Shown here: positions 1 through 9,260 of the stretch, one piece after another
Position numbering within the stretch: position 1 is the first letter of the stretch
Layout of the letters: every line of letters starts with the position of its first letter
Assembly (NCBI GenBank): GCA_965204745.1
Contig: OZ242010.1
Span: forward strand, 2,880,001-2,944,000
Direction: 5' to 3'
DNA: 64,000 bases
Source of the DNA: Candidatus Latescibacterota bacterium
GTDB taxonomy: Bacteria; Latescibacterota; UBA2968
Notes under the pieces: model-generated
The model's database searches: none
Told to the model about the DNA's origin: nothing
The model's input: only the letters and a program-made list of their open reading frames with translations
Position numbers and translations under genes: made by a program

Positions 1-638
1 TCCCTGTCCAATCCCGTCACGAGCCGATCCACTTGGTGGTGGATTCTACCGGCCTGAAAGTGTATGGCGAAGGCGAATGGAAGGTGCGTCAACACGGCTT
101 TTGCAAGCGCCGGACTTGGCGCAAATTGCACATCGGCGTCGATGAGGCCACCGGGGAGATTGTCGCACAGACCCTGACCTCGGCAAGCGTTGATGACGCT
201 TCGCAGGTCAACCCCTTGCTCGATCAAGTCCCGGCCCCTGTCCATACGCTGGGCGCCGATGGCGGCTATGACAAACGCAAGGTCTTCAACACATGCGCCG
301 CCCCCAAACAAGGAGCCCCCATCCGACCTCTGATTCCCCCGCGCCATGATGCCAAAATTGAACAACACGGAAACAGGAAGGCACCCCCCCTCGCCCGCGA
401 TGAAATCATCCGAGCGATCAGGCGTCAAGGCCGCCGACAGTGGAAACGCACCAGTGGCTATCATCGTCGCTCGGTCGTTGAAACCCACATAGGCCGCTAC
501 AAACAACTCATTGGGCGGCAGTTGCGCGCACGAAAAAAGAAGAACCAAGAAACGGAAGCACGGTTGGGATGTGCGGTGCTCAATCGCATGATGAGGATCG
601 CGAAACCCGTGTCCTATCCCATAGAAAGAAGGGCTTAA
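1..638 (+). CDS. IS5-family (IS903 group) DDE transposase, 5' truncated by window edge
   Basis: Motifs HLVVDSTGLKVYGEGEW, RRTWRKLHIGVD, ADGGYD and W..SGYHRRSVVET are typical of IS903-group transposases. Confidence 0.92.
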   Translation, partial: PVQSRHEPIHLVVDSTGLKVYGEGEWKVRQHGFCKRRTWRKLHIGVDEATGEIVAQTLTSASVDDASQVNPLLDQVPAPVHTLGADGGYDKRKVFNTCAAPKQGAPIRPLIPPRHDAKIEQHGNRKAPPLARDEIIRAIRRQGRRQWKRTSGYHRRSVVETHIGRYKQLIGRQLRARKKKNQETEARLGCAVLNRMMRIAKPVSYPIERRA

Positions 639-691
639 ATTTCGCGGGAAAGGGACGAACTTCGCCACGACAACATTTATGCAACAACGCC
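1..691 (+). mobile_element. IS903-group insertion sequence, right part; terminal inverted repeat at 677-691
   Basis: TTATGCAACAACGCC (reverse complement GGCGTTGTTGCATAA) closely resembles the IS903 IR GGCTTTGTTGAATAA and lies 39 bp after the transposase stop. Confidence 0.8.
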
Positions 692-703
692 GTTCCGTGT
701 TGC

Positions 704-728
704 AAGGCTTGCGAGCGAGAGGGGGTGA
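704..728 (+). repeat. 25-bp direct repeat, left copy (right copy 5336-5360)
   Basis: AAGGCTTGCGAGCGAGAGGGGGTGA is identical at both positions. Confidence 0.9.
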
Positions 729-890
729 GCGTTGTAAGCGTTGATTCTGTCGCCTGGTGTTATCCGTGTGGGGTGATCTCGTTGGGTATGGGTTGTTAGT
801 GGCGTGCGTCTTTGATGCAGAATAGGGGCTTGTGGGGCGTGCCTGACAAACGCCCCAATTTCTTTCTCTCTCTTATTGGAGGAGAGTAAA

Positions 891-3800
891 ATGTTGAAGC
901 GTATGTTTGGTTGTTTCGCAGTGGTCTTGTTGGCGGTGGCAATGCACCAGCCCGTAGCCGCCGGTCCCAATGCTAATGCCGTTCTGTCTTGGGACATCGA
1001 TGCCAGCGATAATAAAAGGGATGATGGCAATACATCGGGCACCGTGGCAGGTGCTGGTACCGATGTTGTCGTCGAGGTGTTTATCACGGGGTTGGCAGGC
1101 CCAATTATCGGTGGTGCGTTTTCCATTGATACGAATAGGCTGACCGTCAAAAGTGCGGCGGCTACGCCGGGGTTGTCGGTTCTTGGGACTACCGCAAGAA
1201 CTGTCTCATTAGGTGGTTTCCCACCGGGCGTTGCCCTGCCCAATGGCTATTTGGGAACGGTTACGCTTACGACAACTTCTGACGTAACAGGTACCGAATT
1301 CACAGTTAGTGCCAGCATAAATGTGGCGGATGGCACAAGTCCTTTTGCGACGGATATGCTCACCGCGGCGACGCCATTGACTTTTAATGCCTCTACGCAA
1401 ACGCCTACGCCCGATTTTAACGGCGATGGCACAGTAGACTTTGCAGACTTCGTGGTGTTTGCAGGGCAATTTGGCACGCGGCGCGGGGATAGCAGATACC
1501 AAGCGAAGTATGATTTGAATAGCGATGGCGCGATAGACTTTCGGGATTTTCTGAGTTTTGCCGGCAGTTATGGTCAGTCCGTGCCACCTAGTGGCGGGGG
1601 CGGTAGTAGCGGCGGTGGCGGTGGCGGTGGCGGTGGCAGTGGTGGTAGTGGTGGCGGTAGTAGCAGTCCCGATCTGGTCGTTGAATCGCCTTCGGTCAGC
1701 GATAGAACCTTGACGCCTGGGCAATCCTTCACCCTGCAAGCCACCGTTCGCAATCGGGGCACGGGGCAATCAGCCTCGACGACCCTGACCTATTACCGCT
1801 CGTCCAATTCGACGATCTCTACGAGCGATACAGAAGTGGGCACGGATTCGGTCAGCGGTCTGTCCGCTTCTCGCACGGGTTCGGAATCGATCAGGCTAAC
1901 TGCTCCGTCGAGTACCGGCACGTATTACTACGGCGCGTGTGTGGCAAGCGTCAGCGGGGAGAGCAATACCGACAACAACTGCTCAGAGGGCGTACGCGTT
2001 ACGGTCGTGACTTCCGATCTGATCGTTGAATCGCCATCGGTGGATAATACCACGCCGACGCCGGGGCAGTCGATCACCCTAAGCGCGACGGTGCGTAATC
2101 AAGGCACGGCTGAGGTAGCGGCGACGACCCTGCGCTATTATCAATCGTCTGACGCGACGATCACCACCGACGACACAGCAGTCGGCAAGGATGCCGTCCC
2201 CGAGCTAGCGGCTTCGGCGACGAGTGAGCAGTCAAGTAACGTGACCGCACCTTCGACCGCGGGCACGTATTACTACGGCGCGTGTGTGGAGGCGGTCAGC
2301 GGCGAGAGCAACACCGACAACAACTGCTCAACCGGCGTGCGCGTTACGGTGAGTAGCGGTGGCGGTAGTAGCGGCGGTGGCGGTGGCGGTGGCGGTAGTA
2401 GCAGTCCTGACCTGATCGTGGAACAGCCTTCGGTCAGCGAGAGCACGCTGACGTCTGAGCAATCCTTCACCCTGCAAGCCACAGTTCGCAACCGCGGCAC
2501 GGGGCAATCTCCCGAAACGACCCTGCACTATTATCAATCGTCCGACGCGACGATCACCACCGACGACACAGCAGTCGGCACGGATTTGGTCAACGGTCTG
2601 TCCGCTTCGCGCACGGGGGCGGAATCGATCAGTCTGACTGCACCTTCGACCGCGGGCACGTATTACTACGGCGCGTGTGTGGCAAGCGTCACCGGCGAGA
2701 GCGACACCAACAACAACTGCTCGGAGGGCGTGCGCGTCATGGTCGTTGTTCCTGACCTGATCGTTGAATCGTTTTCGGTCAGTGACAGTACGGTGGGTGT
2801 GGGTAAAGGCATCACTGCGCGTGCCACAGTTCGCAACCAGGGCATGGGGTCGTCAGAATCGACGAGGGTGGTTTTTTATGTGGACGATGATTCATATACT
2901 AATCCCCCCCACGTGCGCGGTCTTTCGGCTTCGGAGACGTATGAGGTATCGAGAGGGTTGAGAGTACCGTCGCGTCCTGGCACGTATTCCTACCACGCGT
3001 GCGTGGAGGATGTCCGCTACGAGACCAATACCGACAACAACTGCTCGAATGCTGTGCGCGTTACGGTCTTGGGTCCCGATCTGATCGTTGAATCGTTTTC
3101 GGTCAGTGACAGTACGGTGGGTGTGGGTAAAGGCATCACTGCGCGTGCCACAGTTCGCAACCAGGGCATGGGGTCGTCAGAATCGACGAGGGTGGTTTTT
3201 TATGTGGACGATGATTCATATACTAATCCCCCCCACGTGCGCGGTCTTTCGGCTTCGGAGACGTATGAGGTATCGAGAGGGTTGAGAGTACCGTCGCGTG
3301 CTGGCACGTATTCCTACCACGCGTGCGTGGAGGATGTCCGCGACGAGACCAATACCGACAACAACTGCTCGAATGCTGTGCGCGTTACGGTCTTGGGTCC
3401 CGATCTGATCGTTGAATCGTTTTCGGTCAGTGACAGTACGGTGGGTGTGGGTGACGTCATCACTGCGCGTGCCACAGTTCGCAACCAGGGCATGTGGCCG
3501 TCAGAATCGACGAGGGTGGTTTTTTATTGGGACGATAATTCATATACTAATCCCCCCCACGTGCGCGGTCTTTCGGCTTCGGAGACGTATGAGGTATCGA
3601 GCAGGTTGAGAGTACCGTCGCGTGCTGGCACGTATTCCTACCACGCGTGCGTGGAGGATGTCCGCGACGAGACCAATACCGACAACAACTGCTCGAATGC
3701 TGTGCGCGTTACGGTCTTGGGTCCCGATCTGATCGTTGAATCGGTTTCGGTCAGTGACAACACGGTGAACGTCGGTCAAGAATTCACTCTGTATGCCACA

Positions 3801-5192
3801 GTTCGCAACCAAGGCGGGAGGGCGTCAAGATCGACGATCCTGAGCTATTTCCGCTCGTCCAATTCGACGATCTCTACGAGCAATACAAAAGTGGGCAGGG
3901 ATTCGGTCAGCGGTCTTTCGGCTTCGGGCACGGGTTCGGAATCGATTAGTCTAACTGCTCCGTCGAGTGCTGGCACGTATTACTACGGCGCGTGTGTGTA
4001 TCCGGACCGCTACGAGAGCAACACCGACAACAACTGCTCGGATGGCGTGCGCGTTACGGTGAGTAGCGGCGGCGGCATTGTTGTTATTCCCGATGCCTAC
4101 CTACGCAATGTGATTTCGGACAGTTTGAACAAGGCACGCAGTGCGCCGATCACACGGGCGGACATGGCGACACTGACGCGGATTAACGCGCCAGGTAGCA
4201 TTACCGATTTGACAGGGCTTGAGTTTGCAACCAACCTGACAACGTTAGGGCTTCAACACAACCAGATATCGGATATCGCCGCATTATCGGGTTTAACCAA
4301 CCTGACATCGTTAAACCTTTGGAACAACCAAATCTCGGATATCGCCGCATTATCGGGATTAACCAACCTGACAATGTTAGACCTTGAAGGCAACCCAATC
4401 TCGGATATCGCCGCATTATCGGGTTTAACCAAACTGGAATGGTTATGGCTTAGATTAAACCAAATCTCGGATATCACCGCATTATCGGGATTAACCAACC
4501 TGACAACGTTAGGGCTTCAACACAACCAGATATCGGATATCGCCGCATTATCGGGATTAACCAACCTGACAACGTTAGGGCTTAGCGGCAACCGTATCTC
4601 GGATATCGCCGCATTATCGGGATTAACCAACCTGACAACGTTAGGGCTTAGCGGCAACCGTATCTCGGATATCGCCGCACTATCGGGATTAACCAACCTG
4701 ACATGGTTAGTCCTTTACGACAACCAGATCTCGGATATCGCCGCACTATCGGGTTTAACCAACCTGAGAACGTTAAACCTTGAGGACAACCAGATCTCGG
4801 ATATCGCCGCATTATCGGGATTAACCAACCTGACAGCGTTATTCCTTAGGGACAACCCGTTGAGTGCCACATCAATCAACACGCACATTCCTGCCCTTCG
4901 GGCCAGAGGGGTTACGGTCAATACTAGGAGGCCACAACCACCGACGCCACAACCACCGACGCCACAACCACCGACGCCACCTGGTGGCGGCAGTGGTGGG
5001 GGGGCCTGTTCGGTGGGGCAGGTGTTGAGTCCGGGGCAGAGTTGCAATGTCGGCAATAATCGGTTCGTGGTCCGCTCCGATGGATATGGGTGTTTTGGCT
5101 TTGCCTGCGCGGGCGAGAGTCTGACTAGCAACAGATTCCGAGCCAGCAGAATCGCCGGCACGTCGCGGTGGCGCATCGACGCACTGCCCTAA
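891..5192 (+). CDS. Large secreted surface protein: signal peptide, dockerin/EF-hand-like pair, Gly linkers, 7 CARDB/Ig-like repeats, 10 internalin-type LRRs, Pro-rich linker, small Cys-rich C-terminal domain
   Basis: GGAGGAG RBS before ATG 891; DFNGDGTVDFADF/DLNSDGAIDFRDF; 7x PDL(I/V)VE..SV...ATVRN.G...YYYGACV...E.NTDNNCS; 22-aa LxxLxLxxNQISDIAALSGLTN repeats. Confidence 0.9.
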   Translation: MLKRMFGCFAVVLLAVAMHQPVAAGPNANAVLSWDIDASDNKRDDGNTSGTVAGAGTDVVVEVFITGLAGPIIGGAFSIDTNRLTVKSAAATPGLSVLGTTARTVSLGGFPPGVALPNGYLGTVTLTTTSDVTGTEFTVSASINVADGTSPFATDMLTAATPLTFNASTQTPTPDFNGDGTVDFADFVVFAGQFGTRRGDSRYQAKYDLNSDGAIDFRDFLSFAGSYGQSVPPSGGGGSSGGGGGGGGGSGGSGGGSSSPDLVVESPSVSDRTLTPGQSFTLQATVRNRGTGQSASTTLTYYRSSNSTISTSDTEVGTDSVSGLSASRTGSESIRLTAPSSTGTYYYGACVASVSGESNTDNNCSEGVRVTVVTSDLIVESPSVDNTTPTPGQSITLSATVRNQGTAEVAATTLRYYQSSDATITTDDTAVGKDAVPELAASATSEQSSNVTAPSTAGTYYYGACVEAVSGESNTDNNCSTGVRVTVSSGGGSSGGGGGGGGSSSPDLIVEQPSVSESTLTSEQSFTLQATVRNRGTGQSPETTLHYYQSSDATITTDDTAVGTDLVNGLSASRTGAESISLTAPSTAGTYYYGACVASVTGESDTNNNCSEGVRVMVVVPDLIVESFSVSDSTVGVGKGITARATVRNQGMGSSESTRVVFYVDDDSYTNPPHVRGLSASETYEVSRGLRVPSRPGTYSYHACVEDVRYETNTDNNCSNAVRVTVLGPDLIVESFSVSDSTVGVGKGITARATVRNQGMGSSESTRVVFYVDDDSYTNPPHVRGLSASETYEVSRGLRVPSRAGTYSYHACVEDVRDETNTDNNCSNAVRVTVLGPDLIVESFSVSDSTVGVGDVITARATVRNQGMWPSESTRVVFYWDDNSYTNPPHVRGLSASETYEVSSRLRVPSRAGTYSYHACVEDVRDETNTDNNCSNAVRVTVLGPDLIVESVSVSDNTVNVGQEFTLYATVRNQGGRASRSTILSYFRSSNSTISTSNTKVGRDSVSGLSASGTGSESISLTAPSSAGTYYYGACVYPDRYESNTDNNCSDGVRVTVSSGGGIVVIPDAYLRNVISDSLNKARSAPITRADMATLTRINAPGSITDLTGLEFATNLTTLGLQHNQISDIAALSGLTNLTSLNLWNNQISDIAALSGLTNLTMLDLEGNPISDIAALSGLTKLEWLWLRLNQISDITALSGLTNLTTLGLQHNQISDIAALSGLTNLTTLGLSGNRISDIAALSGLTNLTTLGLSGNRISDIAALSGLTNLTWLVLYDNQISDIAALSGLTNLRTLNLEDNQISDIAALSGLTNLTALFLRDNPLSATSINTHIPALRARGVTVNTRRPQPPTPQPPTPQPPTPPGGGSGGGACSVGQVLSPGQSCNVGNNRFVVRSDGYGCFGFACAGESLTSNRFRASRIAGTSRWRIDALP
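2751..3722 (+). repeat. Three near-identical 324-bp tandem CARDB-coding repeats
   Basis: Units start at 2751, 3075 and 3399 and differ by only a few substitutions. Confidence 0.95.
4233..4860 (+). repeat. 66-bp LRR-coding tandem array (10 units)
   Basis: Near-constant ATCTCGGATATCGCCGCATTATCGGG(A/T)TTAACCAACCTG framework every 66 bp. Confidence 0.95.
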
Positions 5193-5207
5193 CCGGTAGG
5201 TGGCGAG

Positions 5208-5250
5208 AAAGGGCCAGTGTAACGGCACAACCCCTTACACTGGCCCTTTT
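5208..5250 (+). terminator. Intrinsic terminator after the CARDB-LRR gene
   Basis: AAAGGGCCAGTGTAA / TTACACTGGCCCTTT 15-bp inverted repeat ending in a T-run. Confidence 0.75.
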
Positions 5251-5317
5251 CTGTATCCGAGATTTCAGAACGCCTACACTGGCCCTTTTCTGTATCCGAG
5301 ATTTCAGAACGCCTACA
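5236..5317 (+). repeat. 39-bp tandem duplication including the 3' arm of the terminator
   Basis: TACACTGGCCCTTTTCTGTATCCGAGATTTCAGAACGCC x2. Confidence 0.9.
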
Positions 5318-5335
5318 ATAGAATAACAGGAACGA

Positions 5336-5360
5336 AAGGCTTGCGAGCGAGAGGGGGTGA
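5336..5360 (+). repeat. 25-bp direct repeat, right copy
   Basis: Identical to 704-728. Confidence 0.9.
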
Positions 5361-5367
5361 CTGCTGG

Positions 5368-5691
5368 ATGGCGGAAAAGAAGGTACTGACTGAGGAGGAG
5401 GCGCAGGAGATGCTTGAGCGGTATTACCAGCGGCCATTGTTCGAGGCAACTGTCCTGCTGAAGCTGGCGCGTCGTCAGGTCGGCAACAAGAACGTGGCCG
5501 AGATGCTTGAGGCAATGCGGGTCGTGTTCCTTTCTGATATCTCGATCAAACTGGGTAATCTCCTCCAAGGGAATCCCAAATTGAAGAAGGACGGGTTCAA
5601 TCTTTCAACTTATTTGCATCTGTTTCCGCTCACGGGTGGCAGATTTTTCCAAAACGCCGGTGCCAGAAAAAAGCGCGTGTCCTATTGTTGA
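5368..5691 (+). CDS. Hypothetical protein (107 aa)
   Basis: GAGGGGGTGA RBS-like sequence before ATG 5368; helical, protein-like N-terminus; no recognised family. Confidence 0.5.
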   Translation: MAEKKVLTEEEAQEMLERYYQRPLFEATVLLKLARRQVGNKNVAEMLEAMRVVFLSDISIKLGNLLQGNPKLKKDGFNLSTYLHLFPLTGGRFFQNAGARKKRVSYC

Positions 5692-5776
5692 TACACCGGC
5701 GGACGCGCTTTTGACTTGGTGTTCGCCAGTGACCGCTGAGCAATATGAGCAAATTACTTTTTCATAGGATAACACC

Positions 5777-6952
5777 ATGCCTCAAAACGAACTCACCCTC
5801 CGATACGGTTGCAATCCGCATCAATCCTCTGCGCGGGCGTATGCGTGCAGTGGGAACCTGCCCTTTGCCGTGCTCAATGGCGCGCCCGGGTACATCAACC
5901 TGCTCGACGCCCTGAATGCGTGGCAACTCGTGCGCGAGCTCAAGGACGCGCTCGACCTGCCCGCGGCGGCGTCTTTCAAACACGTCAGTCCCGCAGGGGC
6001 CGCGGTTGCCGTGCCCATTGCAACCGCGCTACAACGGGCGTATTTTGTCCACGATCTCGACCTCTCGCCCTTGGCGACGGCGTATGCACGCGCACGCGGG
6101 GCGGACAGGCTCTCGTCTTTCGGAGACTGGGTCGCGTTGAGCGACGAGGTGGATGAATCCACCGCACGCGTAATCAGCCGCGAAGTCTCGGATGGCATCA
6201 TCGCCCCGGCCTATCGCGCCGAGGCCCTCGCCATTCTGAAAAAGAAAAAACGCGGCGCGTACGTCATTCTCGAAATGGATGCAACGCACTCGCCCACCCG
6301 CACGGAAACCCGGGACATTTTCGGCGTCAGGCTGGAGCAAACGCGCAACACCCAACCCATTGGCCCGGACATGTTCACGCAGATCGTCACCCAAAACAAG
6401 GCGATTTCCCCAGACGCGCAACGCGACATGCTGGTGGCGACGATTGCCTTGAAGTACACGCAGTCCAATTCGATGTGCTTTGCCTTTGACGGGCAGGTGA
6501 TCGGCAATGGCGCCGGGCAGCAAAACCGGCTGGCCTGCACCGAGATCGCCGCGGACAAGGCCGAGACATGGCATTTGCGCCAGCACCCGGATATTCTCGA
6601 TTTCAAATTCCGCAAAGGGCTTAAACGCCCGGCAAAGATCAACGCCATCGAAGCGTATTTGCGCGGCGAGATGACCTATCAGGAGCGGCGCGTTTGGGAG
6701 GCGTGCTTTGACGCTGTGCCCCCTCCTTTGACCGCGGATGCCCGGCGTGCGTGGGTCAAACACATGCGCGATGTCGTGCTCAGTTCCGATGCGTATATCC
6801 CCTTCCGCGACAACATCGACCGCGCCGCACGCACGGGGGTCAAGTACGTCGTCGAGACCGGCGGCTCCATGCGCGATAGTGAGGTGATCGCGGCGTGCGA
6901 CGAATACGGGATGGTCATGGTGATGACCGGGGTGCGATTGTTCCATCATTAG
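5777..6952 (+). CDS. purH: AICAR formyltransferase (short PurH form lacking the N-terminal IMP cyclohydrolase/MGS domain)
   Basis: LRYGCNPHQ, GYINLLDALN, ASFKHVSPAGAA, SSFGD, KYTQSNS, GAGQQ, SDAYIPFRDNI, GVRLFHH. Confidence 0.92.
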   Translation: MPQNELTLRYGCNPHQSSARAYACSGNLPFAVLNGAPGYINLLDALNAWQLVRELKDALDLPAAASFKHVSPAGAAVAVPIATALQRAYFVHDLDLSPLATAYARARGADRLSSFGDWVALSDEVDESTARVISREVSDGIIAPAYRAEALAILKKKKRGAYVILEMDATHSPTRTETRDIFGVRLEQTRNTQPIGPDMFTQIVTQNKAISPDAQRDMLVATIALKYTQSNSMCFAFDGQVIGNGAGQQNRLACTEIAADKAETWHLRQHPDILDFKFRKGLKRPAKINAIEAYLRGEMTYQERRVWEACFDAVPPPLTADARRAWVKHMRDVVLSSDAYIPFRDNIDRAARTGVKYVVETGGSMRDSEVIAACDEYGMVMVMTGVRLFHH

Positions 6953-6996
6953 CGCGAGCCGCGAAAAGCCTGTCCCCACGGATGATGGAATCGCAC

Positions 6997-7150
6997 GGGC
7001 GGTTGGGCGGTGTCGGTGTTGCCTCACCTCTCCCGTCTTGCGTCTTGCGTCTCACCGCAGGGGGTTGGGCGGTGTCGGGGTTGCCTCACCTCTCACCTCT
7101 CCCGTCTTGCGTCTTGCGTCTCACCGAAGGGGGTTGGGCGGGGTGAGAAC
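6997..7150. repeat. Two tandem copies of dispersed module GGGGTTGCCTCACCTCTCCCGTCTTGCGTCTCACCGAAGGGGGTTGGGCGGGG (also ~27205-27262, ~53555-53602)
   Basis: Direct sequence comparison. Confidence 0.8.
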
Positions 7151-7185
7151 TGACAATGCGAATAAAGCGTTGCATCCATTTATTG

Positions 7186-7403
7186 GGACCTACCCCCCTG
7201 GCCCCGTTACTCGCTACGCTTCGTTGTAGGCTACGCCTGTGCCTGTGAGGAAGGGGGGAATGGCGAGAGGTTGTGCGAGGGGTTTGGGTTTCCAGAGCGT
7301 GATCTATTCGCTCAAAGCCATCAGAACAGCCAGGGAGACAAACCTTCAAAAAGCCATGCGCTCCCCCTTTCCTTGTAGGAAAGGGGGCCGGGGGGATAGG
7401 TCC
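7186..7403. mobile_element. ~220-bp MITE-like element with ~20-bp terminal inverted repeats (GGACCTA.CCCCC.GGCCCC); other copies 20079-20307 (inverted) and 26651-27020 (two tandem); fragments 44861-44910 and 55445-55488
   Basis: Conserved core GCGTGATC(C/T)ATTCGC(C/T)CAAAGCCATCA...AAAGCCATGCGCTCCCCCTTTCCT..TAGGAAAGGGGGCCGGGGGGATAGG; non-coding. Confidence 0.75.
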
Positions 7404-7545
7404 TACGAGGAAGGGGAAGAACATCTCTCGTTGCGGAGAGGAGCCGGATGACTCGTCCATGTCTTTGGGCGATTGGTCTCGGCTTGCTTCCTACTCGCTT
7501 TCTACTCTTAATTCGCATTGACCACTATTTGCGAGGAGCAACCGA

Positions 7546-8376
7546 ATGATCATTGACACGCACATTCACATTTACGATCCCACGCGGCCACAGGGCGTGC
7601 CCTTTCCCGAACCGGATGACGAGATTTATCGCCGCGTGATGCCCGAGGATTACCGCGCATTGGTCGCGGATGAGGGGGTTGATGGCGCGATCATCGTGGA
7701 AGCGAGTACCTGGGTTGAAGACAACCAATGGGTGCTCGACGCGATAGAAAGCGACCCGTTTATCAAAGGGCTGGTCGGCAACCTCGATCCGCGCGCCGAG
7801 GGCTTTGGCGATCACCTCAATCGCTTGGCGGGCAATCCGCTCTTTTTGGGCATTCGCCCGCGCACCCATCCGTGGGAACGCGAAGAGGTGGGCGAGATGG
7901 CCGAGGCGTTTGAACAACTCGTTGAACGCGATCTCGAACTCGATACCGGAATCGGCGATGCGGTCGTCGAACTCGCCCGGCGATTGCCCGAACTCCGCAT
8001 CGTGATCAACCACTGCGGCAATATCCCCGCAAACGGCAAACCCATCGCGGCCGCGCAACTGGAACTCATGGCAAAAGCCGCGGAACAACCCAATATGTTC
8101 TGCAAAGTGTCGGGCCTGATGGATTTGCGATGTCAAGTTCGCCCCGCGCCTACGGACCTCGGGTTTTACGTCTATCTGCTCGACGCACTGTGGAATCTAT
8201 TCGGCGAAGACCGCGTGATTTACGGCAGCGACTGGCCCGTGCTCGAGCGCAGTGGCCGCACACCCGCTGACGCGCAACGCTTGGTGCATCGCTACTTTTC
8301 CCAAAAGGGCGATGCGGTGGTGGAGAAATACTTTTGGAAAAACGCCATGACCGCGTATCGATGGCCCGATAGATAA
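7546..8376 (+). CDS. Amidohydrolase family 2 (sugar lactonase-like)
   Basis: IIDTHIH metal motif, VINHCG, CKVSGL, FGEDRVIYGSDWPV. Confidence 0.88.
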   Translation: MIIDTHIHIYDPTRPQGVPFPEPDDEIYRRVMPEDYRALVADEGVDGAIIVEASTWVEDNQWVLDAIESDPFIKGLVGNLDPRAEGFGDHLNRLAGNPLFLGIRPRTHPWEREEVGEMAEAFEQLVERDLELDTGIGDAVVELARRLPELRIVINHCGNIPANGKPIAAAQLELMAKAAEQPNMFCKVSGLMDLRCQVRPAPTDLGFYVYLLDALWNLFGEDRVIYGSDWPVLERSGRTPADAQRLVHRYFSQKGDAVVEKYFWKNAMTAYRWPDR

Positions 8377-8389
8377 GGGGCATTATCCC

Positions 8390-9193
8390 ATGCAAATCAT
8401 CCCTTCTAACAGCGCGCTCGGTGCGGAAATCCGGGGTGTCGATATTTCACGGACACTTGACGATGACACCGTCCAAGCCATTCGCCGCGCACTGCTCGAT
8501 CATTGCGTGGTGTATTTCCGCGATCAGAGGTTGCGAGACGCGGAGCAAATTCGTTTTACGAATTATTTTGGCCGCGCGGTTGAGCACGTCCGCAAACAGC
8601 GCGACCGCGAACACAAAGAAATTTTCATCGTTTCCAACATCGAGGAAAACGGCGAGCCTATCGGCGCGTTGGGCGATAGCGAAATCGGCTTTCACTCGGA
8701 TTTGTCGTATCTCAAACGCCCCGGCACCATCTCGGTGCTCTACGCGCTCGAAGTGCCCCGCACGGGCGGAAATACGCAGTGGTGCAACTGCTATGCCGCG
8801 TACGAAGCCTTGGATGCAGACACAAAAAAACGGCTCACAGGACTGCGAGCCGTACACCGCCATTATGTCGAAGAACAAAATCCCCCGGAGCGCGTCGACC
8901 ATCCGCTCGTGCGGACCCACCCGGAAACCGGTCGCAAATCCCTGTACGCCGGCCCCCACCTGACCCAGTACATCCTCGGCCTGCCCGCCGATGAGAGCGA
9001 CGCGTTGCTCAACGCCCTGTTCGAGCACGCGGCCCGGCCGGAATTTGTTTGGACGCACACCTGGCGCGTTGGCGACCTCGTCATGTGGGACAACCGCCCC
9101 ACCATGCACCGCCGCGAACCCTTCCCCCCATCGGAACGCCGCCTGATGAAACGCACGCAGGTTTTCAATGCGGATGATATACCGCAGGAATAA
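8390..9193 (+). CDS. TauD/TfdA-family Fe(II)/2-oxoglutarate dioxygenase
   Basis: LGAEIRGVD, FHSDLSY (HxD), HPLVRTHPETGRKSLY, WDNRPTMHRR. Confidence 0.92.
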   Translation: MQIIPSNSALGAEIRGVDISRTLDDDTVQAIRRALLDHCVVYFRDQRLRDAEQIRFTNYFGRAVEHVRKQRDREHKEIFIVSNIEENGEPIGALGDSEIGFHSDLSYLKRPGTISVLYALEVPRTGGNTQWCNCYAAYEALDADTKKRLTGLRAVHRHYVEEQNPPERVDHPLVRTHPETGRKSLYAGPHLTQYILGLPADESDALLNALFEHAARPEFVWTHTWRVGDLVMWDNRPTMHRREPFPPSERRLMKRTQVFNADDIPQE

Positions 9194-9260
9194 CCTATTT
9201 GGTTTTTTGTCCTAACCTATAACGAGTAGCCAACTTCCACTCCTCACGCGGAGATTTGCC

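Noticed and set aside
4233-4860. Diversity-generating retroelement target
   Set aside because: No reverse transcriptase or template repeat in the window, and many adenines in the repeats, including synonymous ones, are invariant. Kept only as a test in the LRR finding.
5692-5776. ZMP/ZTP riboswitch upstream of purH
   Set aside because: Only a short ACTGGCGAACA-like match, on the wrong strand, and no downstream GCCTGGGC pseudoknot element.
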